This document shows positions 25,962 through 37,704 of a DNA stretch of 64,000 bases, one piece after another (the stretch's first letter is position 1; each line of letters opens with the position of its first letter). Where the stretch lies: assembly GCA_051294375.1 (NCBI GenBank), contig CM119264.1, positions 7,631,695-7,695,694 on the forward strand, in the 5' to 3' direction. Both the position numbers and the translations under genes were made by a program. Under the pieces are notes generated by a model. It was not told the DNA's origin and ran no database searches. It saw only the letters and a program-made list of their open reading frames with translations. The stretch is from Paraspadella gotoi (taxonomy: Eukaryota; Animalia; Chaetognatha).

Positions 25962-26350
25962 GGTGGATAGTGGGGGGGGGTGGAATAAGGGGTGAATAGA
26001 GTGGGGATGGTAGGAAGGGAAGGGGGATTAAGGGCCAACCGAAGAGAGAATTCGATTGGATGCTGAATTATTTTTTTTTTTTATTTGGTTGAGTCGTTTT
26101 TCATTTTCTCTTCATATTCGCTTCGTCGATATGTTTGCATGTGAATTTCGAATCTCTCTTCTTCTCTCTCGCTCTCTCATTCTCTTTCTTTCGCACGAAG
26201 AAACTCTCTGATCAGTTCGCGGCCGTCTCTCTCACTCTCCCTCCTCGCGAGAGGGAGAGAGAGAGACAGAGAGGGTGAGGAAAATCGAGTCGCGCTTTCC
26301 GGTCGAGGGCGTTCGTGCGAAGAAAGTCGCGGAATCGGAGATGATGTATC

Positions 26351-27029
26351 TCATGACGTTGATTCTGTCGACGGAGTGGGGCGTCGGCGTGTCCCCAGAG
26401 ACAGAAGGCCAATTTCTTCTTCGATGCTTTGGACCTTGGGGTCGTCGTTACTGTCCGTTAGGTTTTTCGAACGCCGAGCTTCGATCGCCAAAGGACGAAA
26501 GGATTTTAGTCGATAAGATAAGAATCCATCGAAGCATCGGCGCTTGGCTGCGTGCATGATGATTTTTAATCCGGGTCGTCGACAGACTTGATCCAGTTTG
26601 GGTTGGGGCGTCATGAAGGTTTTGATCTGAAGCGAAAGAGGGACGCGATATTAAGGGTTGGAATGGAAACACTAATGGAAAATATTTGTTTTTTTTTAAA
26701 TGGCGATTATAGCAGCGCGGCGGGTGATAATTGTTTCCAAATTGGATTTTGCGTCTCTTTCGAATGTTGTGAAAGTGAAAATGGAAGAAAAAAAATAAAA
26801 GATAAAAAAAGAGAAACAGGGGACAGAGAGAAAGAAAGAGAGAGGGAGAGAGAGAGGGAGAGAGAAAGAAACAGAAAGGGACCGCTTTGAAATTGGATCA
26901 TAAATCTTTTTTTCGTGGATTGAAACCCGTTGGTGGGATTGTAATTTTTCACCTTCAAGTGACAAACAGTGACTCCATAGAGGCGTGAGTTAGTGCGAAC
27001 GCCAGTGAGGGCACTGGGAATAGGAAAGG

Positions 27030-27101
<72 letters not shown>

Positions 27102-27381
27102 CAGGGAGAGGGTGGAGAGAAAGGGAGAGAGAGAGAGGAGAGAGAAGAGAAGAGAAAGTAATGACAAAAATAAGACAAAGATGACAACCAGTTCGCTTTT
27201 TAAATAGGAATTTATTAGGGCTCAAGAGAGCGGGTTATAAAAAAGTGACATGATAAAAAATGCGACGTCTGAACAGAGATTGAAACATGTTTGGCAAATA
27301 TGTAGTCATTTTTCACAAAAAAAAAGAGTTTATGTGAACGGACGTGAGTGTGCCTTCAATGAAGATGGAAGGAGAGAGTTT

Positions 27382-27439
<58 letters not shown>

Positions 27440-27931
27440 GAAACGATTAGAAAAGGAAAGAAGGAAATGATGGATTTCTTTTTTTTTTAGATTTCAAAGG
27501 AATCTGCTGTAAAAAAAAAAATTCTTTATTTATTTTTATCCTCATATTTTTTTTCTCTCTCGTCAGTTTGTTGATTTTTTAATATTTTTTTTTAATCATT
27601 TTTTTTTTTATTATTTTTTCGTCGATTTTCATCTTCAGTCACTTATCATAAGATTTGAAATAGCAAAAAAAAATTTTATTCGCGTCGCATGCACCCAACT
27701 TAACATAGGCAACCACACATTTTTTTATAACATTTTACTTGAATATTTCGAAAATTGTTTTCCACAGAACCGAAAACTTTGTCTATGTCTTTCTTTCTTT
27801 CTGTCTCTCTTTTCCTCCAATTTCACATTTAAAAAATGTCAATTTTTTTAAATCCCAGATCTCAGAAAGCCTTGCTCATCTTATTAGTCCTTGTAGTATA
27901 ATCTTTAAACTAATTTTACACTTACCGGCAT
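26351..27931 (-). CDS. Candidate two-exon small protein (~93 aa) downstream of an X-box
   Basis: ATGCCG|GTAAGT (27931-27926) splices in phase 0 to a strong acceptor (CCCTCTTTCGCTTCAG| at 26626), giving MP-IKTFMTPQPKLDQVCRRPG...STESTS*. No family recognised. Confidence 0.35.
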
Positions 27932-27995
27932 TTCTTTCCCATTTCGGTCTTATTTATTTTCTGACCAAACAATAGACTCTGCAACCAAATAAGTT

Positions 27996-28009
27996 GTTTC
28001 CAAGGCAAC
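27996..28009. promoter_or_regulatory. RFX X-box
   Basis: GTTTCCAAGGCAAC, one mismatch from canonical GTTTCCATGGCAAC, 65 bp upstream of ATGCCG|GTAAGT on the minus strand. Confidence 0.55.
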
Positions 28010-28055
28010 CGTGACCGGTCTCTTTTCCCAAACCGATTGCCCATCTTCGTCCAAA

Positions 28056-28292
28056 AACAAGAACGGTAATTCCAATGTTATGCGTCGCAGTGACTTTATT
28101 TTCACGTCTATTTCGCTTTCATCACATTCCGTCTTTTATTCGTTATAGTTTTAGGAATTCCTGAAGGCGGAGCTAGCAGTCTTTTAGATTTGAGGTTTTT
28201 TCTGTCTTAACAAATGAGCAACCAACTCAGACAGACCGACCGAAAAGTGACTTACAGAGTTGCTCCGCGAGTACTCGCGGCGCAACTAAAAA
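28056..28292 (-). mobile_element. Helentron/DINE-1-like non-autonomous element, copy 2
   Basis: Inverted homologue of 1010-1347 with internal deletions; same palindrome at 28265-28280. Confidence 0.65.
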
Positions 28293-29093
28293 GGGGGGAT
28301 ATTCATCAGCGTTGCCAACTGGTGCCTCGCCTTTAATCACTGCTCGTCCTTTTCTCGCAAAATGGCGCACCGCTGCCGCCGCCACCGCTGCCGACGCCAC
28401 CACCGCTGCCGCTCTTTCCAGAGTCGAGTCCGCTACCGACGGCGGCGTCTTTGTTGCTTCCTCCGCCGCACAGTTCTTTCTTTTTTTCGCTTCTGACTTT
28501 TTTCTTTATCTTTTCAGCCTTTTTTTTTAATTAATTCATTGTTTTCGTCTTTTTCTTCGTAATTTTTTTCTCCCATTTTTATTCGTCATTTTTCTATATT
28601 TCCTTCTTCCGCCATCTTTTTCTCATTTCTTCTTGGTCTCTTAAACTGAAAACAATAATAAAAGAATTTGGAATTCTTTAAATATATATGTAGTTCGAAG
28701 GAATGGAAAGGAAAGTTAGCCATCGCCTTTCACGTAATTACCAATCCGTTCTCATTTATTTGCAGCTTCGACATTAATCTAGTCGAAGCGTCGAGCTCTC
28801 GCGACTTTGAACCTGACATCCGACAATTCGCTGACAGGGCGAATGCAGCGTACGAAATGAAAAAAAAAGAATAAATTTGCATGGAACTCGAAACGTTTAT
28901 AACTTCCCCTTAAAATTTAAATATTCGTAATAAAAAGGGAACAAAAAGGGAATCTGAAGGGAAACACATTCTCCATCAGCGCTTTAGTTTTCCCGCCCTC
29001 GCATTAATTTAAATAAATGTCTGTCTTTTTTCCAGAAAAATCCATTTCCGCTTCTTCTCTCGTTTCCACGACGCTCTCTCTCTCTCTCTTACT

Positions 29094-29159
<66 letters not shown>

Positions 29160-30010
29160 AATCAATACTCAGGAAACAAAATGCTAGAATATACGGGACA
29201 CTAGGAACATTTCACGAGGAAAGTCCACTCCCGAATCACACTCGGTGTCACATCGTAAACAGCAACACACAGAATAAAAAAAATTATAAATTTTCATCCT
29301 AAACACTTCAATTACTCCCTTCTCCCCTGGGGTTTTATCCCGCGTCGCTTTGCACCTAATTATTAATAATGACCTAAGTTATTAACCTACTTATATGGAC
29401 TTTCTCCCCACCTCACACATCTTAATTCTTCCACCCCATCCATCTATATGAAGGGCAAAATCTCTAGACTTACTTATCGATCGACGCCAGAAAGACTGAT
29501 AAGAGCGAATGTCCGAACGAGAAGGAAATTTCCATTTACAATCGGCTGAAGATTGGACAGTTCCAACCAATCGGTTAAATCGAGTCGTCGTTGTTTGTAA
29601 TCTTCCTTTCTTTACCACTCTCCAGTCTCCATCACTGCGTCTCTGCTCAATTGGATCACTTCATCTTTCCTCCATTACCCAATGCCCGTATTATCTCTAT
29701 CTTCACCAATCATCTTCGTAATTTTCTTTAGAAATCCCAACTCATTCCTCAACTGATCCCATCTTTACACTCTCTATCACATCACCTCCATCTCTCTCCC
29801 TCTCTATCTCATCATCTTCTATACGATCTTTCTATCTCTTCACGACTCCATCCCTCACTCCGTCTCCCTCCGGTCTTCGCCGGCGATCGCCGCGAACCCG
29901 ATCTCAATTATCGGCTCACCTCCTCTCTCCCCACCCACACCATTTTTCCTCTTCCTTAATTAAGGCCAACAAAGGCGGAGTCACGGTTGTTGTTTTTTTT
30001 TCTCCGTCGT

Positions 30011-30047
<37 letters not shown>

Positions 30048-30196
30048 TCGTCGCCGTCGTCGTCGTCGTCGTCGTCGTCGATTTAATCGTAAAATCCAAA
30101 TCATTGTTTTTGCCGAGATCTGCCTTCGACCGGAAGACGGTTTTAATCAATAAGTCGGCGAAAATGATGCTCACACCACACAAAAAAAGAAGCAGA

Positions 30197-30256
<60 letters not shown>

Positions 30257-30262
30257 AGAGAG

Positions 30263-30294
<32 letters not shown>

Positions 30295-31888
30295 TATTCA
30301 CATCATAGCAACTTTTCAACTTTTCAAGTGAAAATTGAAAGTGATTTCTTTTAAAAACATTTAAATATGTCCCTTTTTTTAAATTTTCTATTTCTCTTTA
30401 AACCAGATTTTTTTCCTCTTTTTTCCGTCGGATTTTTTCGTCGTCGATTCTTTTGTTTGAGTGAAACAAATCCGCTGAGAATATAATTGATATCCTTGGC
30501 GTCGAGACTGTCGTCGTCGTCGTCGTCGTCGTCGTCGTCCGTTTTCGTAGCCAAAATCAAGCGGAAATGTTATTTTTTTTGTTTTTGTTTTTCTTTATTT
30601 TCGAGGGAAAAAAAATCTGAGAAAATCCGTGAAAATCTCGGCCTTCGCTATTTCCTCCTTTGTTTTCCACTTTTCCGCCGATTTTTCCTCCTTTGTTTTC
30701 GATTCGTTTTTTAACTTTTCTTTTCTTCTGTTGTTTTTTCCTCTTCCTCCTTCTCATCACATTTTTCTTCCTTCTTCATTGTTTTTCTTCCTCCTTCCTT
30801 TCTCTTTTTTTTTTTTAATTTCCGTTCGTTGTCTTTTTCATTTATTTTTTTCCATTTTCTTTCTTCTTTTTTTTTTTCGACCGATGAGCGGCGCAATGGT
30901 CGCTGAGCGGTTTCTCGGTATCTCTTTTCGGTCGGTAATTGTGAGCAATCAGCAATTAATAATGTTTGTCGATTCTTTTTTAAACCAAGATCCGTTAGGA
31001 GCCGAGAGAAAATCGAAATTGATCGTTAAGTGTCACAAACGGTCGAAGACTTGGTCGTCTGACTGGAAATGTGGCTTCGCGCTTTTCTTGACGTCCAAAG
31101 TAAGATCAAAGGTTTTTCTTTGTTATTTTATATATATATATATATATTTTGTCTAGAAAATGTATATTTTCTTTTGTAATTCGTATGTTTAAGCTCTATC
31201 AAATCGCTATTAGCAAAATATTTTAATACAAATTTATGTTCTTTTTATAAACAACTAGTAAGAAAGTCACTAAAGCAGAAGAAACGGAACTTCCTTTGAT
31301 CTGACATGATATATCTTGACATATTAATTGCTTAATAGTTGAATTGTTCCGAAGCCGGAAAATGTCAATCTGAAGACATTCTTTTTTCCGTCGGTTTGTA
31401 CCACTTATATTAAAAATACTTTTATATATATTAATATATATATATTAATAATGCTTTTATCAATTAAGTTTATATTTGGTATGAATGTAAGGCACCATAA
31501 AACCTTTAACGTGCATATATATCATACGTGATAACCTTAAATATCGATCACATGACCCAAAATTTAATGTCGATTATATCGTTGCTTTTTTGTTATTTTT
31601 GCTGAGCGGGAAGGAACCTCAAATCAAAGCGACTATAAGCGACACCTGTTTTTAAAAAGAATATGAAGAATAAAAAATATTTTCAGATGCAGTGCATGTT
31701 TTTCCTAGTTTTGAGATCATTTGTCTTCCCCGATGTCAGCCATGTTTTTCATATCATCAACACATTTATCATTTATTTATTCTTTATCTATTTTTTCATG
31801 AAAATCGAAAATAAAAGAGATAGTACAATTTTAGAAACTTTCCTTCTTTTCGGCGCCCTCCTGTTGTTACTGATCCCCTAACCAAACT

Positions 31889-32900
31889 TCAGCAAGCTTC
31901 CCTTATCCCTACGGCGCCATCTTCAATTTCTCCCGGCGCCGAAAACAACGACGACGAGGACGACGACGACGCCGGTTCCATTCGCCAAAAGCCAAAAAAG
32001 CCGGTAACGAGGAGTCGCTAAAAAATCCAGACGCGAAAGGCTCAACTGATATTTGCCGTTGGTGGCACCAAAGGTTGGACAAACTGGCGATGGGATGATG
32101 GGGCAGGAAAAACTGAAACGACTGATGATGTGGCTGGACGGATGGAGACGTTTGAATATTGGGATGGACAAAAGAAGACAACTAAAGATGGGACTAGACA
32201 ATAGAAGACAGTTAATGAACGGGCTGGTAAAAAGGAGACAACTCATGATGGGGCAGGTCAAAAAAAGAAACCCAATGATTGATGATGGATGTAGTTTTAT
32301 TTAACAAAAGTTGCTTACTTTTTTTGAGTCTTAAACTAAATGGAGCTTGAAAGATTTTTCAATGGATCAATAAGAACGCGAAGTTTAAATTTTTCTTGAA
32401 TTTTTAGGCATTTGGGAGTTTAGAAAGCGGGCTGAGAACAAAAAGGCGGAGAGGGAGACGGTCAAAGAGGTTTTCGCGAACGAGAGAAAAAAAACATTAA
32501 AAAAAAAAAAGATAATAAAAACTGGGAAGGGTCGTCTCACGATAACAAGAACTTCCAACAGGAGGATGACAAAGCAAACAAGCGTTAAAAGGAACCGGCG
32601 TCGATGCCGCTTTCCGCCGCCGCCGCCGCCATCCCTGTTTCCACAAGCAATTGATGGGTGGGGAGACTGGGGAGTAGAGCGGGAGGTTTGGTTTCCGTAT
32701 ACGATCTAGCTTTGTCCTTTACATCCAATTGCACCTCCATTCCCGCCGCCCACGCCGCCCACGCCACCACCGCCCCCGCAACCACCGCCACCACCACACC
32801 CGTCCTTCTTATGGCCGTCAATTTCGCTTTTTTTTTCGGCGCCGCCTTTTGTTTTCGTTGTTTTCCTCGTTATCCTCGTTGTTTTCCGGGAAATCGTCAT
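31889..32900 (-). CDS. Candidate two-exon single-pass membrane protein with one in-frame TAG (possible pseudogene or error)
   Basis: Exon 32900-32541 (MTISRK...Gly-rich...KRHRRRFLLTLVCFVILLLEVLVI|GTGAGA) joins in phase 0 to TTTTTTAG| exon 32017-31889 (RLLVTGFFGFWRMEP...), which extends the hydrophobic helix. TAG at 32706-32708. Confidence 0.35.
32085..32280. repeat. Degenerate 30-bp tandem repeat, about 6-7 copies
   Basis: 10-aa period (MGxDKRRQLM) in ORF 32053-32304; lies inside the putative intron above. Confidence 0.75.
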
Positions 32901-34268
32901 GCGCCGTCTATGGGGACGGATAAAAACGACAGCGAAACGACGAGGGGAAAAAAACAAAAAAAAACAAAGAGAAAAACAACGTTGTCACTTTGTTATATTT
33001 TGAAGGTTTTGGGTTTTGGGTTTTTTGTTTGTTTTTTTTGTTTTGGTTTTCTCCTCTTTTTTCTGACAAAAGGTAAAAAATGAAGGGAAATAAAACCAGA
33101 ATAATTTTGAAAAACTCCCAATTGATAAAGTTATTGTCATTGTCTATGTTGACGTTATCATTTCTTTTTGTTGTTTTTTTTTTATGAGACCCCAAAACAA
33201 AGAGAAAGAGTCTACAAAATCGTTTTCCACTTCCGGTTCCTCAATCACCTGATCAGGAGGCCAGCGATCAAATTCATCTGATTCGCATTGAGAAACGTCA
33301 GTCATCATCGAATCACCAGTGATTCACCACCTTCACCGCGTTGATCACTCCCAAGCCAACTGATCCCAAAAGCGTCCCCTCCGTCCCTAGATCCAACGAC
33401 GCCTGCTCCCAATCGACTCCTGCTAACCAATCGACGCCTGGTTCCGTCGTCGTCGCCGCCTGATCCCCGTTTTTTTTCGCGCGATTTGATTCTTCGCTCG
33501 ATGAAATCAAAAGGAGAATCGAGATTCGGTTCCGTCTCTTTTTCGGAATTCCATTTCATCGGCGCCGGAAGAGATGACGCCGACGGACGAATGAACAATA
33601 GACGGTTGAAATGAATCTCAGATGGACAGAAAGAGGAACGTACTGATAGAAATACGGAGATAGGGACTCACGGAAAGACAGACTAATAGAAGAGCAGACG
33701 AGAAGGCTCACGAACAAACAGATTTAAGGTTTCAAAGACTAATTACAGTTATAGCGACAGTTACTCACGCATGCGTCCAGCTTTTCGATCGTTGACGGGT
33801 TTAATGTGAAAAAATATGTTTAATATTTAAATATTTAAATATATTTAAATATTATAAATAAGATCCATATGATTTTTTTTATTCCTTTAGGCGCCGCGTA
33901 CAGAAGACACGGACGATTGAGCGAAATGAAGATAACGAATTGTGAAAAAAATCTTTTGTCGAGAATTTTTAATAATAATTTCGAGCTAAAGTTTCCCGTC
34001 GTCGTTGTTGTTGTCGTTGTTGTCGTTGTTGTCCTTTTCTCTTTTGTTCTTTTATCGTCTATTTTTCTTTTAACGATGCTCACGCGTAGAGGCGATGATT
34101 CGTTCAGGAAAACGATTTTCTTTTTTGACGCAAAGACGACGACGACGACGACGCATATCGTGGAAGCGACGAAGCGACGACGACGGAGATTTCGTTTTGG
34201 CGGACGAAAGAATTCGGGCCGGGATAGTTTCTCTCTCTCCTTCTCTCTCTTCTCTCTCTCTCTCTTCT

Positions 34269-34331
<63 letters not shown>

Positions 34332-34740
34332 AACTCGAAAACTCGAAAAACTCTGCACTGTATCGATTATTGGATTCGCATAAACTCACGCTGCGTTTGA
34401 AATCGATGTCACGGAACGCGCGCGCGCGCTCTCTGGCGGAATTCCCGAAAAATGAAAATGAAAAATTTAAAAATGTCGACAGCTGACCTTAAGCTAATAT
34501 TATTTCATGTAGTTTTATTTATTTATTTATTTATTTAATAGTTTGCTTCGTACGTTTTGAGTTTAAACTTCGTTGTGAATGAATTCGTCAAATGAAGACA
34601 GAGAGAGAGACGGACAGACTGGCAGACAGACGAGAGAAGGAGCCAGACAGTGAGTGAAATCGCAAGAGCATTGCCAACCGCTGAGAGGCAGTTCTGGGCA
34701 GCGATCCAAAATAAAAAGAGGAGCTCTCCACTTGGATTCA

Positions 34741-34750
34741 GTCACGTGAC
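34741..34750. promoter_or_regulatory. GTCACGTGAC palindromic E-box (USF/MITF-TFEB CLEAR-type motif)
   Basis: Perfect 10-bp match; a second TCACGTGAC lies at 16851 in a CpG-rich patch. Motif match only. Confidence 0.3.
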
Positions 34751-34822
34751 TTCAACCTCGTCCAAATTAGTCTCATGACCACAAATTTCCAACTCATTCG
34801 CGATAACGGATCGTTTCTCTCT

Positions 34823-34919
<97 letters not shown>

Positions 34920-35234
34920 TTTAAAAAAAGACAATTAATTAATTTTCGAATCGATCTCTCAGTTTCCGCCGACTCGAAAGGCAGTTTATCCCCATGACGA
35001 TAGAAGAGGGAATATTGATAACCGTTTAATTAAAATAAATTAATAAAATCTAATCTTTCCTCCTGATTTACTACTCGCTCGATACATTTTCTGTTTTCAG
35101 AAATCTGTCCTTTAAAATTATAAAAAAAATTCCCATTTTACATTGATCTAATTCATTGTAGACATGAGTTAGTTTAAATACATGTAAATTGCATGAAATT
35201 ATTATAACGAATATAAACTTATCCGTTTTCTTAG

Positions 35235-35435
35235 ATAAGTCTCAAGCTGTCTTCGGGCTATGCTGGTTTGAAGCCTCCATCCCTCTTATATGATAATAAC
35301 ACACCAGGACTGTGCAAGATTTCAATTAAGTCTCTCTCACAGTCAGGTTTATTACCTCCTAGAGTTTATGGCTTCCTGGTCAGTGATCGATGATAGGGTA
35401 TAATGCATTTAAGTGCTGTTTAAATTGTATGAAAT
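35235..35435 (-). mobile_element. Interspersed repeat family A, older diverged copy
   Basis: Collinear with 10145-10345 (GCCTCCATC.CTCTTA, CTCTCTCACAGT, AGAGT...GCTTCC, GGTATAATG). Confidence 0.65.
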
Positions 35436-35629
35436 TATGTTATATATTATTCGTTATATATAACGGAACGAAAATAAGAGATATATGTTTTAGGTTTTAT
35501 GTTATATGTTATAATAAATTTAGTTAAGGGCCGAGAAGCTTCTCACAACAATCATAATCAGTTTCATCCCCGCGGGGAGGAGAAAATTGTTCGATCCAAA
35601 TATCGTTAGGTTTTGTCTGAGAAGAAAGA

Positions 35630-35950
35630 AAGGATCTTAAAGGGTAAAAAAGGATTGAGGGAATCTTAAAGGGTAAAAAGCAGAGGGAATCTTGAAGGGA
35701 AAAAAGAAGAGAATATCTTAAAGATAAAAAAAGCAGAGGGGAACTTAAAAGGAAATAAGAATAGGCTATCTTAAAGTAAAATAAAGAGGGGAGTATAAAA
35801 GAAAATGAAGATAGGAATCTTAAAAGGAAAAAAGAGAAGAGATCTAAAAGATAATAATGCAGAGAAGAGAGGAAAAGACTCAGATAGTAGAGAGGCTTAG
35901 GAGAGAAATGAAAGAGGGAGAGAGATAAAGTAATCTTAAAGATAAAGGGA
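35630..35950. repeat. Purine-rich ~26-30-bp tandem repeat (GAATCTTAAAGGG...)
   Basis: ATCTTAAA recurs about 8-10 times. Confidence 0.7.
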
Positions 35951-36557
35951 GAAAAGGAAAAGGAAAGTAAAAGGGGAGAGGGAAAATAGGGAATTCAAAA
36001 ATTTGATGGAAAATTGATACTAAATAATTATTATATTGGTTGTACTAGTTTCATAGGAAGGAGAATATGAAAATAACCTAAAGAGATAATAAGCGTTGAG
36101 GAAAAACAGAAATGAGAGAAAACGAGGAATAAATTTGGTGGATCGAGACTAACGAGACGAAAACAAATTTGGCCTCATTTATTTCCTTTTTTTGGGGCAG
36201 AAGCTGAAACGGTCATTTATGCAGCATCATCATTTATCGAACAACAACATCGAATCGTTTATGGCTAAATAATTGCTTGCGTCAACCAAAATCTCAGATT
36301 GCATCTGCTAAAAAGAATCACAAATAAACAAGCTTGAACTCATCAAGCAAAAAAATAAAATAAAAAAAGCCCCCCCAAAAAAAAAAACCCCATAAAAACC
36401 GGAGACAGAAAACGACCACGGCCAGCATCGCGTCCGGCCAAACCATTTTCGGTCAAAAACGGAAATAACGTTTTCGCCCACTTTTAGGTATCAGCTTTCA
36501 ATTTTCCGCTTCGTCCATTCCTGGCAATAATGTCAAAATGTTTTTTCTTCCCTCTCG

Positions 36558-36637
<80 letters not shown>

Positions 36638-36719
36638 TTCTTCTTTTTCTTCTCTCATCTCTCAGCAATATTCTTCTCTTTCTTCCAGCCTTTTTCGACG
36701 ATTTCGTGCTCATGTTCGT

Positions 36720-36925
36720 GGCACGTAGTAACAGGGAGCCTACAGAGGGGTGGCGAGCGTCTCAATGGCGCACCCAGACTCCGTGGGTTTGGAATGAGGC
36801 TTAAGTCCGTACGGAGTCATTACTGCCGAGGGACGGCTATTGACCTATTGGGTATTCATACTTTTACAATCGCGTATATTGCTAATCAGTTGCAACTTAG
36901 AACACTTATTGCTCTTTGAGCAGTT
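36720..36925 (+). ncRNA. Candidate structured RNA element of unknown family
   Basis: Nested stems 36725-31/36820-26, 36748-52/36771-75 and 36777-92/36801-18 (with G-U pairs valid only on +), possible pseudoknot 36736-41/36797-802, and a further hairpin at 36908-24. Folded by eye only. Confidence 0.3.
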
Positions 36926-37704
36926 GATGGGAACAACCGAAAGAAAAAGCTTCCGAGCTCTACACAGTGTTTTACGTTATACTTTAATTAGAACACATAT
37001 AAATTTAATTCATTTGTTGATTCTTTTCTAACTCATGACTTTATCTTTAACAGTGACTATTTTGGTGACTTTGTTGTCTACTACGAATTATTTTATATTC
37101 TAAAATAGTTAAATAAAATTATTATTTTATATAATTTTAATATTTTTTTGTTTGTCTGGTTTTAAAATTGTTTTTACAAATTTTTTACTATATGAAAGCG
37201 ACTGCCATTTCTGCGTGTCGTCATCTCAGGCTTTTTTTCTTCCTTACTTTCTTTTTTCTTTTTCCTTCTTTTATTTCCTTCCCCCAATTTTTCTGTCTCC
37301 GTCTTCCGTCTCCTATTTTTATGTCTCTACATATCGGTGTCCATTTTTCGAGCCACCTCGAAACGACCGGCGTGAGCGCTTCACGATTCTCCGGGGCGCG
37401 CCCATCACCTCGTGAGACTCTCAAAGTTCGTCCAACTCTCGCCCAATATCGGCGCTCAAAACGACGAAAAATTAAAGACTAATTTTGAGCTTGTTTTTTG
37501 GCTTTTTTGCTCCTGACCTCCATAGAAAAAAGCATTAAAAAAATTAACTCGTTTGAATTGTTCACACTCAATTAAAGCTTAAGTTTTGTCCATATTATAG
37601 CGACCAAAACATTTTGAAGGCGCGCCCAAGCCGAGGCCAGCGATCGGTGCCACGCCCCAAACGACCTTTTTCGTTGCGGNNNNNNNNNNNNNNNNNNNNN
37701 NNNN

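Noticed and set aside
25028-25999. 323-aa plus-strand ORF, the longest in the window
   Set aside because: Antisense shadow of the CD225 gene crossing its intron and a (GAC)n tract.
9199-33305. Reassigned genetic code (several frames continue past TGA or TAG)
   Set aside because: Different stop codons are involved, stops are rare in these GC-rich patches anyway, and the one recognisable protein ends normally at TGA.
20465-35950. CRISPR-like arrays (51-, 30- and ~28-bp periodic repeats)
   Set aside because: Head-to-tail degenerate units with no unique spacers, no cas genes, eukaryotic context.
36730-36805. RNase P/MRP P4-like pairing, or cobalamin-riboswitch-like AACAGGGA
   Set aside because: Too short, and the other conserved regions and helix order are missing.
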